Both the position numbers and the translations under genes were made by a program. The notes under the pieces are model-generated. The model ran no database searches. It had not been told where the DNA came from and saw only the letters and a program-made list of their open reading frames with translations. This document shows, one piece after another, positions 11,628 through 24,512 of a stretch of 64,000 nt of DNA (positions are counted from its first letter, which is position 1; each line of letters begins with the position of its first letter). Source of the stretch: Octopus sinensis (Eukaryota); contig NC_043004.1 of assembly GCF_006345805.1 (NCBI RefSeq), positions 48,670,001 through 48,734,000 on the forward strand, in the 5' to 3' direction.

Positions 11628-11969
11628 TAATTTAATTGGTCCTTATTCAAAAGACACCTGTTGTTATGTCCTGTTATTTGTATTTGTGTAACTTTCTCCA
11701 TATTTTTCCGTCCTTGTTTTCGTATACAGTCATTGCTTTCTTCCAAGGAATCTAATGCTCTTAGCTTAGTTTTTCCTTGGGGCTGGCCAGATTGGAGCAA
11801 TCTCGAGTATAACCAGCCAACATTGCAAAGATAATCTGGAACTCGACTGAGGAAAGAAAACTCCGAATGACCCACGCTTGTTTTCTTTGTATCGTCTGTC
11901 TGGATGTTTTGTTGTCCCTTTCTCGTATCACCTAACTATCTGGACGTTTTGCGTTCTTGTCCCATTTTG

Positions 11970-11975
<6 letters not shown>
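11628..11975 (+). mobile_element. Family X dispersed repeat
   Basis: aaagacacctgttg...ctaatgctcttagcttagtttttccttggggctggccagattggagcaatctcgag...ttgcgttcttgtcccattttgtatttt followed by (TA)n. Confidence 0.7.
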
Positions 11976-12061
<86 letters not shown>

Positions 12062-12115
12062 AACTTACTTGGAAGAGGATGTGTGGCATTCAGTCATATA
12101 ATAATATAATATAAT

Positions 12116-12194
<79 letters not shown>

Positions 12195-12420
12195 TATATA
12201 CATACATATCTGTACATACTTTCATCTATACATATATATATATATATATGCCTGTGTGGGCACAGGACATCATGAAACATGTACACCATAAAAATACAAA
12301 GTACAAGTACATGGAGTATGAGCTATTTTTTCAAATAATGAAAGACACAAATGGAAAACAAGACAAACAACATTTATGCTTATATATATATTATTATATA
12401 TTATGCTTATATATATATTA

Positions 12421-12466
<46 letters not shown>

Positions 12467-12500
12467 TATATAATAATAATAATGATAATAATATTAGGGA
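11976..12500. repeat. Compound (TA)n/(GATA)n/(ATT)n microsatellites
   Basis: Direct reading of the simple repeat runs. Confidence 0.9.
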
Positions 12501-13711
12501 GTAAATTCAAACTTACAGGGAAAAATTAGATTTAGGATTAAATCAAATTTCACAGTATAAATATAAATTAAATTAGAGATAAAACCACTATTATGCAAAT
12601 ATGTTTTGGTTTATGTTTTTCACTGTTTGATTTGCATAATAGTGGTTTTATCTCTAATTTAATTTATATATATATATAATGGACTTCTTTCATTTTCTGT
12701 CTGTCAAATCCATGCACAAGGATTTGGCTGATCCAGATCTATAGGAGAAGACATTTACTCATGGTGCCTACTTTGGTAGAACCTGAAACCATGTGGTTGA
12801 GAAGCAAATTTCTTACCATACAGCCACACCTGTGCTTTGAAAAGTTGATTAACTCGTGGAAAAGAAATCAATTTTTACAGTCATGTGTATCACTAAGTAA
12901 ATCTGTTGCTGGGAAAAATTTGATATATTTCATGTCAACTCACACAACAGGTCATAACATCATACTAGCCTCTCCCCACTCATGTCTGCCACCCTCATCA
13001 TCATCGTCATCATCATTTAGTGTCCGTTATCTATTCTGGCATGAGTTGTTCCAAAAGCATTCTTATCTGCTCTCTAAGTTTTCATGTTTTTAATTAGATT
13101 AAGAAAATTTGTGCAAGTTATTTGATCCCCCAACCAGTTTTTGCATCCCAGGTAATCACCTAGTTTTTTTTTTTTGTGCATAGTGCCAATCCTACCCCCA
13201 GGAACTCTTAAACACAGAATTGTGGAGCATTAGAACACTTATCAATTATCAAGTTCTGCCACTGTTTATTGGAGTAAGTTGTTGCTTAGCCTCAGGTTAG
13301 ATCGGATTAATCAGATCTGTTTATGAGCAGAAAGAGTCAGGTTATGACACAACCTTCAGTTTAATTTGTTAAGAAGAACACTGATATCTGTTTGAGATTT
13401 TTGATAAACAAAATATTTATTCTTTTTGTAAACAAAGAAAAAAAAAGAAGGTTATTATTATGAATGACAAAGAGAGTTTGAATATTATTGTTCTTGGAGT
13501 GGTGTGATTGGAGCAGCAGTCAAAATGTTAGCTGGTCTTTGTGTTGCTGTTTGTCCATTGTGGTTAGCTACTGATGGTGCTACTATCTTCTGGTGTCTCT
13601 GTTTTGGCATTTGCGGTCAATTCATTGTGTTTATGTTCTTCTAGCACTTGGGTCAGCTGCTGTCTGTTGTTTGTTATCAGAGAGGTTAGCTGCGCTGAAT
13701 ATATAGCTATT

Positions 13712-13938
13712 TCTTTACTACCCACAAGGGGTTAAACACAGAAGGGACAAACAAGGACAGACAAATGGATTAAATCGATTATATCGATCCCAGTGCGTAA
13801 CTGGTACTTATTTAATTGACTCCGAAAGGATGAAAGGTAATGTCGACCTCGGCGGAATTTGAACTCAGAACGTAACGGCAGACGAAATACGGCTACGCAT
13901 TTCGCCCGGCATGCTAACGTTTCTGCCAGCTCACCGCC
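13712..13938 (-). mobile_element. SINE family D with target-site duplication
   Basis: Same body as 9590; cgctgaatatat(a/g)gc occurs on both sides. Confidence 0.85.
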
Positions 13939-14311
13939 TCGCTGAATATATGGCGGTGATCTGGCTCAGATAGAAGTGCACCAAAGATGAAATTGTTGTT
14001 GGAGCTGATTCCATGCAAAGTCTTTATTAGTCAGGCTTTTTTTTTATGACACAGGTAATATTGTAGCACATTGCAACATCTGTTTGATAAAAATTCCACC
14101 TACTTATTTCCAGCTATAATATATTATAGACTGTTGAGGCATGAGTCTATTACCCTAACCACTAAGCCATGGGCTTAGTGTTTAGGGTATTGAGCTCATG
14201 GTCATAAGATTGTGGTTTCGATTCCTGGACTGGATGATGCATTGTGTTCTTGAGCAAAACACTTCATTTCATTTTGCTCCAGTCCACTCAGCTGGCAAAA
14301 ATGGATCAGTG

Positions 14312-14570
14312 TCCTACTCCGAAAAGCTCTATCTGCGATGATTTCATCTCAATCGAAAGAGAGGGGCTTTCTCCGTCCGGGTTGCGGATCCGTGGAATAA
14401 GCTACCGGACGAGATAGTGAAGATGCTGACAACCACTCAGTTCAAAGTCTCCCTTGACCACAAATGGCCTGAACTCTTTGCATGAACACCACCCTGTACA
14501 TAACTCCATGTCCCCCTACATAGCCTTGCTTTTTGCTTTTTGAGCCAAAAAATTAACTTAACTTAACTTA
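14312..14570 (+). mobile_element. CR1-clade LINE 3' end inserted in a family E SINE
   Basis: Near-identical to 2292-2524, including the (AACTT)n tail; family E SINE head at 14165-14310 and tail after 14575. Confidence 0.85.
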
Positions 14571-14929
14571 TATACACCACTGAAACCAGGAAACCAACCC
14601 TTATAGCTCAAGAAGGAAACATTTTTTTTTAATATTACAGACTACATTATCTAATGTGTCCTATTTTTTCTCCATTTTTTTTTAAAGATGGTAATGTGTG
14701 ATTTTAGAGAGAGTTAACTCTTATTTCTTGCTGGTAGAGCAATCACATAGATGCTCCTTTATTGGTCCATGTAACGTGTTGTACTCCTGCATGGTTCCTA
14801 GTTATATCTAACTGTATATCCTGTGTTAAATATCTTTGACAATGATACAATCATGTTCCTGGCAGAATATAAACTTCTGACTCATTCACTGTTTATCTAG
14901 CATCCAGTTAGCTCAGCTGTATCTCATTA

Positions 14930-15230
14930 CTTGTGATATAATATTGCAGCTTATATTATTGTGCAGTATCAAATGTATGCAATATAATATCATAGCTATA
15001 TTACTGTGCAATGCCACCTGTATGTAATAAAATACCAAAAGCTATATTATTGTGCAATATCACATATATGTGATGTAATGCTACAGTTGCATGGCTGTGT
15101 GGTTAAGAAGCTTGTTTCCCAACTGTTGTAGCTTGGGTTCAGTCCCACTATACAGTACCTCTTGGACAAGTGTCTTTTACTGTAGCTCCAAACTGACTAA
15201 AACCTTATGAGTGGATGTGGATAAGCCTGT
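14930..15230. repeat. Roughly 45-bp minisatellite plus SINE head, duplicated at 16120-16345
   Basis: gctatattattgtgcaatatcac.t.tatgtgatgtaat.cta..gttgcatggctgtgt...gactgactaaaaccttatgagtggat occurs in both places. Confidence 0.7.
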
Positions 15231-15238
15231 AGTATACA

Positions 15239-15347
<109 letters not shown>

Positions 15348-15374
15348 ATATATATATATATATGTATGTGTGTA

Positions 15375-15419
<45 letters not shown>

Positions 15420-15617
15420 CCTCGTGAGTACTGCTGGCAATTTTTTTCCTCTGTCTTCCCTTCTCGGGATCTTTCCTTCTCCTATGTTTCCAACGAAGAG
15501 CTCCGCTCGAAACGTTAAACCCTCCTTCTTACCTTCTTTCCTGAGCGTCCAATAATACTTTATTTGTTCCACGTCTTCGCGTTGTTGTGTTTTTTTTGTG
15601 TTTTCTTGTTTGGATTA

Positions 15618-15625
<8 letters not shown>
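15420..15625 (+). mobile_element. (TA)n-flanked Penelope-end-like repeat, family Y, with hammerhead-like motif
   Basis: Homologous to 36130-36345; contains GTTT-CCAACGA-A-GAGC-tcc-GCTC-GAAA-CGTT-AAAC at 15486-15520. Confidence 0.65.
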
Positions 15626-15655
<30 letters not shown>

Positions 15656-15658
<3 letters not shown>

Positions 15659-15874
15659 GGTTGGTCAAAAATCACATGACAGTAAATCATGATTAAGACA
15701 AAAAATTATTTTATATGAGATTTCACTAATAAATAGACAAATGTTGAAAAAATGGTGATTTTAACTCATAGCATTCAATTATTAATCATTCATAATTGGA
15801 ATGAATAAATAAAATTAAATATTTAGTATCTATGGAATTTTGATTTACAGTCGGGTGACTTTTGGCCAACCGTG
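15656..15874. mobile_element. Tc1/mariner-type MITE
   Basis: TA-flanked TIRs CAGGGTTGGTCAAAAATCACATGACAGTAAATCA / TGATTTACAGTCGGGTGACTTTTGGCCAACCGTG. Confidence 0.75.
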
Positions 15875-16342
15875 TATATAAATTTCATTTGGATATTAAT
15901 CCTCATTTAAGCTCATCAATGGATACCAGCTATAAAATATGACTATAAATTGAATGTTGGTTTTTTTTACAGATCATATTTTTAAAATTCATGATAACCA
16001 TAGAATTAATATAATTATTAACAAGGAAAGTGGAGTGAGCAAATTGTTTTTTTACACAAATTTACAATTATTCGTATGAAAACACCTATTGGCTATGGTA
16101 ATAAATTTGTGATAAAGCCACCTGTATGTAATATGATACGAAGGCTATATTATTGTGCAATATCACCTGTATGTGATGTAATACTACTGTTGCATGGCTG
16201 TGTTGTAAGAAGTTTGTTTCCCAACTACGTGACCTTGGGTACAGCCCCATTATACTATACCTTGGGCAAGAGTCTTCTACTATAGCCCCAGACTGACTAA
16301 AACCTTATGAGTGGATTTGGTAGAAACTGAAAGAAGCTTGTA

Positions 16343-16405
<63 letters not shown>

Positions 16406-16419
16406 TATATGTGTATATA

Positions 16420-16461
<42 letters not shown>

Positions 16462-16499
16462 AAGGTGCATGGCTCAGTGGTTAGAGCATCAGACTCACT

Positions 16500-16856
16500 T
16501 GTGGTAGGTCTTCCAGGGATGTTCTTCTACCTTTGAAGCACCGGTACCACTTGAAACATTGCGTACAACCCATTGCCTCATCACCATAAGCTTGCCGAAG
16601 CACACACAATGTCTCTGTAGCAGACTTTCCAGTTTAACGCAAAATTTCACATTGGCTCTTCTTCTCTATGACAGAATCGCAGACTACAGCATACACATAA
16701 TCACACAAACACAAATTTCACAACTTGCAAAGTAAACACAGCAATGTCACTGCCTCATGAAGTTCACTTCAAGTTCTCACTGCACACACAACCATGTGTT
16801 GCCACCTGTTGGCATGCTACAGAACTAGTCCAGGAACTTTTTGATACCACCTCATA
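16500..16856 (-). pseudogene. Mariner 5' fragment (TIR plus transposase N-terminal HTH)
   Basis: Minus strand reads RANVKFCVK..KSATETL..LRQAYGDEAMGCTQCFKWY..FK.RRTSLED; TIR tatgaggtggtatcaaaaagttcctggact. Confidence 0.8.
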
Positions 16857-17299
16857 ACAACATTGGGCATTGGTACTTTAGAAATATCTTCAGTTAAGAG
16901 CTCCACATCCATAATTTCAGTGCTGCTCTGTTCATTTCAAAGTTATCAGAAAATGATCCAGTCTTTATAGAGGAACACACGCATGCACGTATGGCAGGTT
17001 TCTTTTCAGTTTCTGTCTACCACATCCATTCACAAAGCTTTGTTACTGTCTACCAAATACACTCACAAGCCTTTGGTTGGCCTATAGCTACCTTGGAAAA
17101 CAGTAGCCAAATGTACCCTAGTAGGACTGAATCTGAAACCATGCAGTTGAGAAGCAAACTTCTCATCCACATGGCCAGATATATATAATAAATACATGAA
17201 TGTGTGTGTATATGGGCATGCATGTGTATGTGTGCACGGACATGCATGTCTGTGTGTTTTTACACTAGTTTAAAGTCTATTTCTTATGCTATGTACCTT

Positions 17300-17590
17300 T
17301 GTGTCCTGCAACTTAAAATAAGATCCTTTTGGTCATGAATGACCATGGAATTGCACCTAGAAAGTTCCTCTCCTAGGCACAAGTCCAGGCAAGGTTGTCT
17401 ATGAAAGACCAGCAGTTGCCCATGCATACCAGCCTCCCCTCTCCATGCCGCTGGAAAGCAAAGACTGATACAGCTTGGCACCAGTGAAATAAAGTGTCTT
17501 ACTCAAGAGCACAATACACAGCCTAGTCCAGCAATTTAACTCATCTTATGATTGTGAGTCCAACACTCTAAACACTGAGCAATGCTCTTT
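17300..17590 (-). mobile_element. SINE family C
   Basis: gaatgaccatggaattgcacctagaaag...agaccagcagttgcccatgcatacc... is the reverse complement of the copy at 797. Confidence 0.75.
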
Positions 17591-18241
17591 CACACTCTGC
17601 AACTTAGCAGTATAACAAATAGTGTTTGATAAAAAGAATACAAGAGAGAAATATATGTGCTAGATTTTACATCACTGACCAAACTTTAAATGTGGCTCCC
17701 TGCCATGGAAGCAATTGAATGACTGTAACTAGTATGAGAGTGAACATATACAACTTGAATATATACTAAACACATTTGATAAATAGCTATTCTGTAATTC
17801 ATATTCTGATATTGCTTCTCCTTTATAATTATATACATCCTTTCTCTGTCTTTATCTCACTCTCTCTTTGTGGATGTGTGTGTATAAATAATATATTAAG
17901 ATCCAGATGGATAAGGCACTTAAATGGTCAGGCACCAGGTTGGGTCAGAATTAAAATGAATACACAGCAATTATAGACAAATACCAACATTGGTACAGAA
18001 GTGCTGGCAAAAAGATATTTTCCGGGCCCAGCGTCTTTCATGGAATCCCTAAATATGCACATGCCAAGGATTAAAAATTTTTTTAAATATCCTTAATTGT
18101 ATAATTCGTATATTCATCTGAAGAAAACGGTTTTTATAATGATATAATTTACTCATTAGTCAATTAAAAAATTTGTTGCAACAGCTGCAATAAGTTGACA
18201 CCTATCCATCATTTGTTATTTATTTCTTTGTGTGTGTGTGT

Positions 18242-18630
18242 AGTGGCTGTGTGGTAAGTAGCTTGCTAACCAACCACATGGTTCCGGGTTCAGTCCCACT
18301 GCATGGCATCTTGGGCAAGTGTCTTCTGCTATAGCCCCGGGCCGACCAATGCCTTGTGAGTGGATTTGGTAGACGGAAACTGAAAGAAGCCTGTCGTATA
18401 TATGTATATATGTATATATATATATATGTATGTGTGTTTGTGTGTCTGTGTTTGTCCCCTAAGCATTGCTTGACAACCGATGCTGGTGTGTTTACGTCCC
18501 CGTTAACTTAGCGGTTCGGCAAAAAGAGACCGATAGAATAAGTACTGGGCTTACAAAGAATAAGTCCCGGGGTCGATTTGCTCGATTAAAGACGGTGCTC
18601 CAGCATGGCCACAGTCAAATGACTGAAACA
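18242..18630 (+). mobile_element. SINE family A, young copy
   Basis: gtggctgtgtggtaagtagcttgctaaccaaccacatggttccgggttcagtccc head (A and B boxes), through ...gactgaaac. Confidence 0.88.
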
Positions 18631-18719
18631 CGTAAAAAAAAAAAATACACACACACACATATAAATATATATATAAATATATATATATATATATTATATA
18701 TATATATATATATAAATAA

Positions 18720-18915
18720 TAATAATAATATTTTATAAGCTTAAATCTTGGAAGCAATCACCATGCATTGACTAAGGTAATTAGTCTAATATTAGGGCAT
18801 ATAAGTCCTCCATACAGCAAACCCTACTTTTTCTGTCGAGGGCTTATATGCCCCAATATTAGACTATTTACCTTAGTCAATGTATGGTGATTGCTTATAA
18901 GCTCTAAGCTTATAA
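18720..18915. repeat. Roughly 90-bp inverted repeat (hairpin, roughly 26-nt loop) built from a Penelope-end-like unit
   Basis: aatattttataagctta...gcaatcaccatgcattgactaaggtaattagtctaatattagggcatataagtcctc pairs with gagggcttatatgccccaatattagactatttaccttagtcaatgtatggtgattgctt...taagcttataaaatatt. Confidence 0.85.
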
Positions 18916-19043
18916 AATATTATTGTTATTATTTACAGATTATAAAATTCAGCATCACTTATCAAATAATCACTGAAAACGCACATGGAGAGTTTGTTCA
19001 CAAAATAACTCCACTATGAAATTACATACGGAAAGCAGTCAGG

Positions 19044-19115
19044 TGTACGTTAATGTAATGGTAGCACGCGTGTTGTGAATACAGAAAGGTGTGGGTTCAT
19101 GTCCCATGCGTACAG
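19044..19115 (+). pseudogene. tRNA-like cloverleaf (degenerate; GTG in the anticodon loop)
   Basis: Acceptor TGTACGT/GCGTACA; D arm ATGT-AATGGTA-GCAC; loop TTGTGAA with a stem missing one base; T arm GTGGG-TTCATGT-CCCAT. Confidence 0.5.
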
Positions 19116-19275
19116 CAGACTCTACTTTTTCTATCAAGGGCTTATATGCCCCAGTATTAAACTATTTACCTTAGACAATGCACGGTGATCACATAAGCTT
19201 TAAGTTTATAAAATATTATTATTATTATTATTCTTTACAGATTGTAAAATTCAGTAATGCTTACCAAATAATCAC

Positions 19276-19316
<41 letters not shown>

Positions 19317-19535
19317 TCATACCATGTTCACATGTGCCAAACAGAACCTGTTGAGGGGTATTTTCTATAGGCAGATGCCTTTCCTGTCACCAACTGTCAC
19401 CTGTTTCCAAGTAAAGTTATATTTCCCTCATGGCCAAACATGTTTTCGCGGAAGACTGGAAACAGAGGACACCACTTGCATGATGGTGATACTTGCTTAC
19501 AACTATCACATGATGTCAAGGCAAGATGATACTTG

Positions 19536-19539
<4 letters not shown>

Positions 19540-19615
<76 letters not shown>
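19540..19615. repeat. (CT)n(CA)n microsatellite
   Basis: Direct reading. Confidence 0.9.
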
Positions 19616-19618
<3 letters not shown>

Positions 19619-20189
19619 CAGGCTTCTTTTAAATTTCTGTCTACCAAATTCATTCACAAGACTATAGTAGAATCTTCTACTCAAGGTGTCATGCTGTGGG
19701 ACTGAACCTGAAACCATGTGGTTGGGAAACCTCTTCCCCATCCTATATAGACTACATCAACTGGACTGTAAAACCTACAAGTTTTTTTGTTTTAAGTTCA
19801 TTATGCATGCTGTAGTTTATGGATGTGTGACAACAGAAATTGTGATATCACCTACAGAATTATATCAACGTATATATCGATTACTCATCATCATTTAATG
19901 AACATTAAATGATGATGATGATATCTAGATATTTAATAAATATCTACAGATCTATGACAATAACTTTGGTATCATAAATATGATATCATCTACTGATGAG
20001 TGGTAACAGGTTTGATATCCCCTACAAATATATGGTGACAGGCATGATATGTATATGTGTGTGACACCAAACATCACTAACAAATGTGTGACCACTGATG
20101 AAATATCCTTGACAGATATGTAGCAATATGGAGGAGGATATCTTTACATGTGTCAACAGATGTAATATCACAGAAATAATAGACTCCCT

Positions 20190-20680
20190 AATATTCTATC
20201 TTGCAATATGGGGCTGTGTAAAAGTTCCCATTGTTATTCGATTTTGCTTTCTTATGAAGACAACAGATTGGGGAGCTGCCCTCCCCTTCTTTAGGACGAT
20301 CAACCAGTTGTAAGATGCTAATGTCATATGGATCAAACATATTCTTACAATATTGATTATCTACATTTTCCCAATAAAACTCACATATATTCTCTCATTA
20401 TTGATTTTACATGTGTTCTTAATAGACTGTTTCACCCACCCCTGCACCCTGCCTCTGTTGTTGTCAATTACTTATACTTCCTTAATATTGATACCATAAA
20501 CTTGTAACCCAGCTTTTAGCCGTTCTTCTCCTCTTATGGTTCCTTCCTCAAAATAAATCAATATTCCTTCAACCCAACACAGATCATTACTCAAAATCTA
20601 ATCCATTTGAACTCACCATTTTCTGCACTTTGTCTTTATATGTTTCCAATATTTTATGTTGTTCCTCCTACAGCTCTCCA

Positions 20681-20746
<66 letters not shown>

Positions 20747-22250
20747 TCTGTCTCCTATTCATTCAGACAATTAGAAAACTAGTGAGATTTACTTGTATAG
20801 TTATCTGACCTTTTGCTTCTCTTTCTAATGACTTTGGATTCTCTTCTCTTCCAAACCAACAGACATTTATTTCAGAGTTTCTCATTTTCATTAAATCTTA
20901 CTTTCTTAGAGTGGAAAATATATATATATAAATAAAATTTTGAAGTATTATTCTTACAATGTACTTTCCCTTAACAATCACTTTTGATCTGTTAATATAT
21001 TGTAGCTTACCTTCTCTTTTATTAGCAATTAAATATCATTTCTAAGCAGACAGTTTCTAAGACAAACTACGACCCATATTCTCACCCAACTCCACAATAT
21101 TTACTCTAGTGTCACACAAGTGTCACTCATCCTGGCTACCATTAGCTGCTATTCAATATTTTGATGATCTTATTTTCTTAAATATACTAGGCTAAAAAGA
21201 AAGTCTTATTGTATTTCAAGATGGGAAAGAAACAAATGCTTCTTTGATCTTAATTGATATATTCAATCAAGATATTTCCTCTCATTATTGATAACATAAT
21301 CCCATCTATTTGGCAAATTGTTGATCCCTCAGGCATAAAATTCTTCAGGTTTTGAAGCAAAAAAAACACTCAATATAAGTTTTAACCTCTTCACAATTAA
21401 TAAACTGTTTTCTTTCTAAATAATGTTACAATGACCTGAAAACATGATAATCAAGTGAAGCAAAGTCGGGAGAGTAACAAAAAGAAGACAAAATTTCCAT
21501 ATTTAGTGCCATAATCTTTTCCTAAATGACTTGGGTAATATGTGATCTTGCATTATCATGTAAGAGCAACATTCCTTTACGATCAACCAATGATGGAGCA
21601 CTTTTTCTGCAAAGTTTTAAGCAATACTTCCAACTGATGGCAACACTTCACACGAACTGTTTTGTTATGGTTTAACACTTTATGACAGAAGACACCTTTC
21701 ATATTGCACTGAACAAGAGAGCATAACTTCTTTGGGGTGTAGCACTGGTTAGTGGATGTATTTTCCTTTTCCATCGAGTACTAATCATTGTCATTTTTGT
21801 TGAATATAATTATAGAGAACCTACTTTTCATCATTTATGATTATTCTAGCCAAAAAATGTTCAGTAATAAATCTTCTGAGGAGCAATCAGATGATGAGAG
21901 ACCCATTGACCAAATTTAGGCACATTTTCTAGTCCATGAAGATATTTTATGATCAAATTGTGACTTGAACTGTTTTGTGAATTCTCATGCAATTTGCCTT
22001 GGGTTTTCCTAAATTATGGTTCTCAGAAGTTCAATATTGACAGAACTTGATCAATTAGATTGTGTCCATATGCTTAAAGCTTCATCTATATAGACAAAAT
22101 GAATATTTCTTGCCACTTCCATTGCTGGAGAGTTCCTTTTGAATTCATATATCATGCAGTGTCTGATATAGATCAGCTTTAAATTCATTTTAAAAGACTA
22201 ACATCAATATGAATTTAACCACTTTGGTATAAAGTAATCTACAAAGAAAG
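20190..22250 (+). pseudogene. Possible highly decayed L1/Tx1-like ORF2
   Basis: Scattered motif remnants only: ILSCN near the start, IQYFDDLIF (YADD-like) near 21150 and a C..H...C-like remnant near 22100; many stops. Confidence 0.3.
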
Positions 22251-22459
22251 AAAAAACAAATTAGAATGTAAAAGTTAATGCTTATTTTACTGTAAATATT
22301 GAAAAAGTACCCTCAAAGTGACCGTGTCAACATTGCAAGTGGTCTTTCTTTGATACCTAATATTTACAATTCATTTCTGTATTGCTGATTTTTCAATCAT
22401 CTGACCTTTTCTTAATCTTAACTTTCTGAGAAGGCATGTAATCTAGTGATTAGACAACT

Positions 22460-22684
22460 GGACTCTTGTTACTGTATTTATTTTGAGATGCACTGTGTTT
22501 CTTTCAAATACTTAAAATATAACAAAGAATTTAGTAAAATAACTTAGTTATCATTCAGCTAGTGTCAGGAACACAAATTGTGACTAAGGTTTGGTGGTAA
22601 ATTTTATTTCAAAACTTATGAAAACAAGACATTTGTACTCAGACCCAGAGCTGGTTTCAGCTGGGTCGGTAATGAAAGGGTTAA
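22460..22684. mobile_element. piggyBac-like MITE (second copy at 53735-53960)
   Basis: Ends gtaatgaaagggTTAA; body ttactgtatttattttgagatg...gtgactaagg.ttggtgg is shared with 53735. Confidence 0.7.
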
Positions 22685-22934
22685 TCATAATGTTGTGGGT
22701 TCAATTCTCCACCTAGAAGCACATTGTGTTCTTAAATAAAGCACTTTAAATATGTTACTCCAATCCACTTCTGTTTCAAAAATGAATATTGAGACTGACA
22801 GAGTAACCCAGTCAGTGTGAAGTGAGCATGACAATATTAACGAGTCAGTGACACATCCAAAATCCTCCAAACATGAAGTGGGATACATTTAGCACTCAAC
22901 TGCTATAGCCTGTCTTTGTCTTTTATCGTTAATC

Positions 22935-23268
22935 TTGGGAGACCCCCTTCGGTCATGAATGACCATGAGATTGCACCTAGAAAGTTACCCTCCGAGGTAC
23001 AAGTCCAGGCAAGGTTGTTTATGGAAGACCAGCAGTCGCCCATGCATGCCGGCCTCCCCTCTCCACGCTACCGATGTTATCCAAGGGAAAGGCAAAGTGG
23101 CTGATACGGCTTGGCACCAGTGATGTCGCAACTCATTTCTACAGCTGAGTTAACTGGAGCAATGTGAAATAAAGTGTCTTGCTCAAGAACGCCAACAAGC
23201 AGCCCGGTCTGGGAATCGAACTCATAACCTCACGATGGTAAGCTCGATGCTCTAACCACTGAGCCGAA
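22935..23268 (-). mobile_element. SINE family C, young
   Basis: Reverse complement of the family C body and head (gctcagtggttagagcatcgagcttaccatcgtgagg). Confidence 0.8.
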
Positions 23269-23834
23269 TGGATGGTGTGTTCTACTGCTGACTCATGAAT
23301 TGTGACTTCGAGGTTTTTTGTAGGCATTTTATTATAAATTTTGACAGAACGCTATATTCTACATTGCTTCAAATTAACATGTTGATAATAGACACCAAAA
23401 TCTTCAGGAAATGCTACATGAGGCTGATTGGCATACTATCCAGTGGGAGACTTCATACTAAGAAAACATAGTTAAGTACTGTCTCTTAACCCCCTACTTC
23501 TTGAGCCTAGAAAAACCTTATTATTTTCTTACCTTAATCATTTGATCCTTTCTTCATTGAACTTTGATTATTCAATTACCACTGATGTCTAAATCTATGC
23601 TATATTGCTGTGTAAATCATTCAGACTCTATCAATGCATTCCACATCATTAAAAATTTCACTCAGACCACACTCACAAGCTACTCACACAATGAAACAAC
23701 AATCCTTAAAATGAAAGACTACATAGATATGAAAAAAGCACAGCTTGTTGCTGTATAAAACTGCAAACATCACAATCACTGTTACAAAATGAACAATTAT
23801 CTCCACACAGAGGGATATCTAGGTAACAAACTTG

Positions 23835-24250
23835 CTTCTCAACCATGAGGCTTTGCATTCAGTCCCACTACTCTACACCTTGGGCAAATGTCTTCTACTA
23901 TAGCCTTAGGCCAATCAAAGCCTTGTGAGTGGATTTGGTAAATAGAAACTGAAAAAAAACCTATCGTGTGTGTGTGTGTGTGTCTGTGTCTGTGTGTGTG
24001 TGTGTCTGTGTGTATGTGTATGTGTCTGTGTGTGTGTGTGTGTGTGTCTGTGTGTGTGTTTGTGTTAGTGTTTGGCCCCACAACTGCTTGACAACTGATG
24101 TTGCTTTGTTTAAATCCGTGACTTAGCAGTTTGACAAAAGAGACTAATAGAACAAGTATGATGCTTAAAATTAAGTACTGGGGTAAATTTGCTTGACTAA
24201 AACTCTGCATGGCTGCACTCCAATGGACTGAAACAAGCAAAAGATAAAAA
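23835..24250 (-). mobile_element. SINE family A, diverged copy (reads 5'->3' on the plus strand)
   Basis: cttgcttctcaaccatgagggctttgcattcagtccc...ccttgtgagtggatttggt...(GT)n...gactgaaacaag; the orientation field is low-confidence bookkeeping. Confidence 0.5.
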
Positions 24251-24512
24251 AGATAACTACTATATTCAAATTCACTCCTGCAATTAAACCATTCTGAAGC
24301 TATGTTTCCCATTCATACACTAAAATGTAGCAGCAGCCTTAATAGCCTCATTAATCTCCAAATACTGTTCAAAGATGCACAGTATCAATAATAATTGCAG
24401 AGCAGTAGCAGCTGTTCCATTCAGACCAAGTTCATTTTGCCCACTTTTATGATAGCCATGACCAAAATCTACAAAGATTAAGGAATAAACCGGGCAATGG
24501 AGACAGCCTGAC

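Noticed and set aside
11303-11691. Recurrent ORFs such as MSSNARGTN... and MTTDAGVFTSP...
   Set aside because: These are translations of family A SINE copies, repeated at 18466, 28625, 28879 and 31281.
11840-11885. CTGAGGA...CGAATGAC in family X as a hammerhead
   Set aside because: It has CUGANGA and a short stem II, but GAAA is GAAT in the copies and stems I and III do not close properly.
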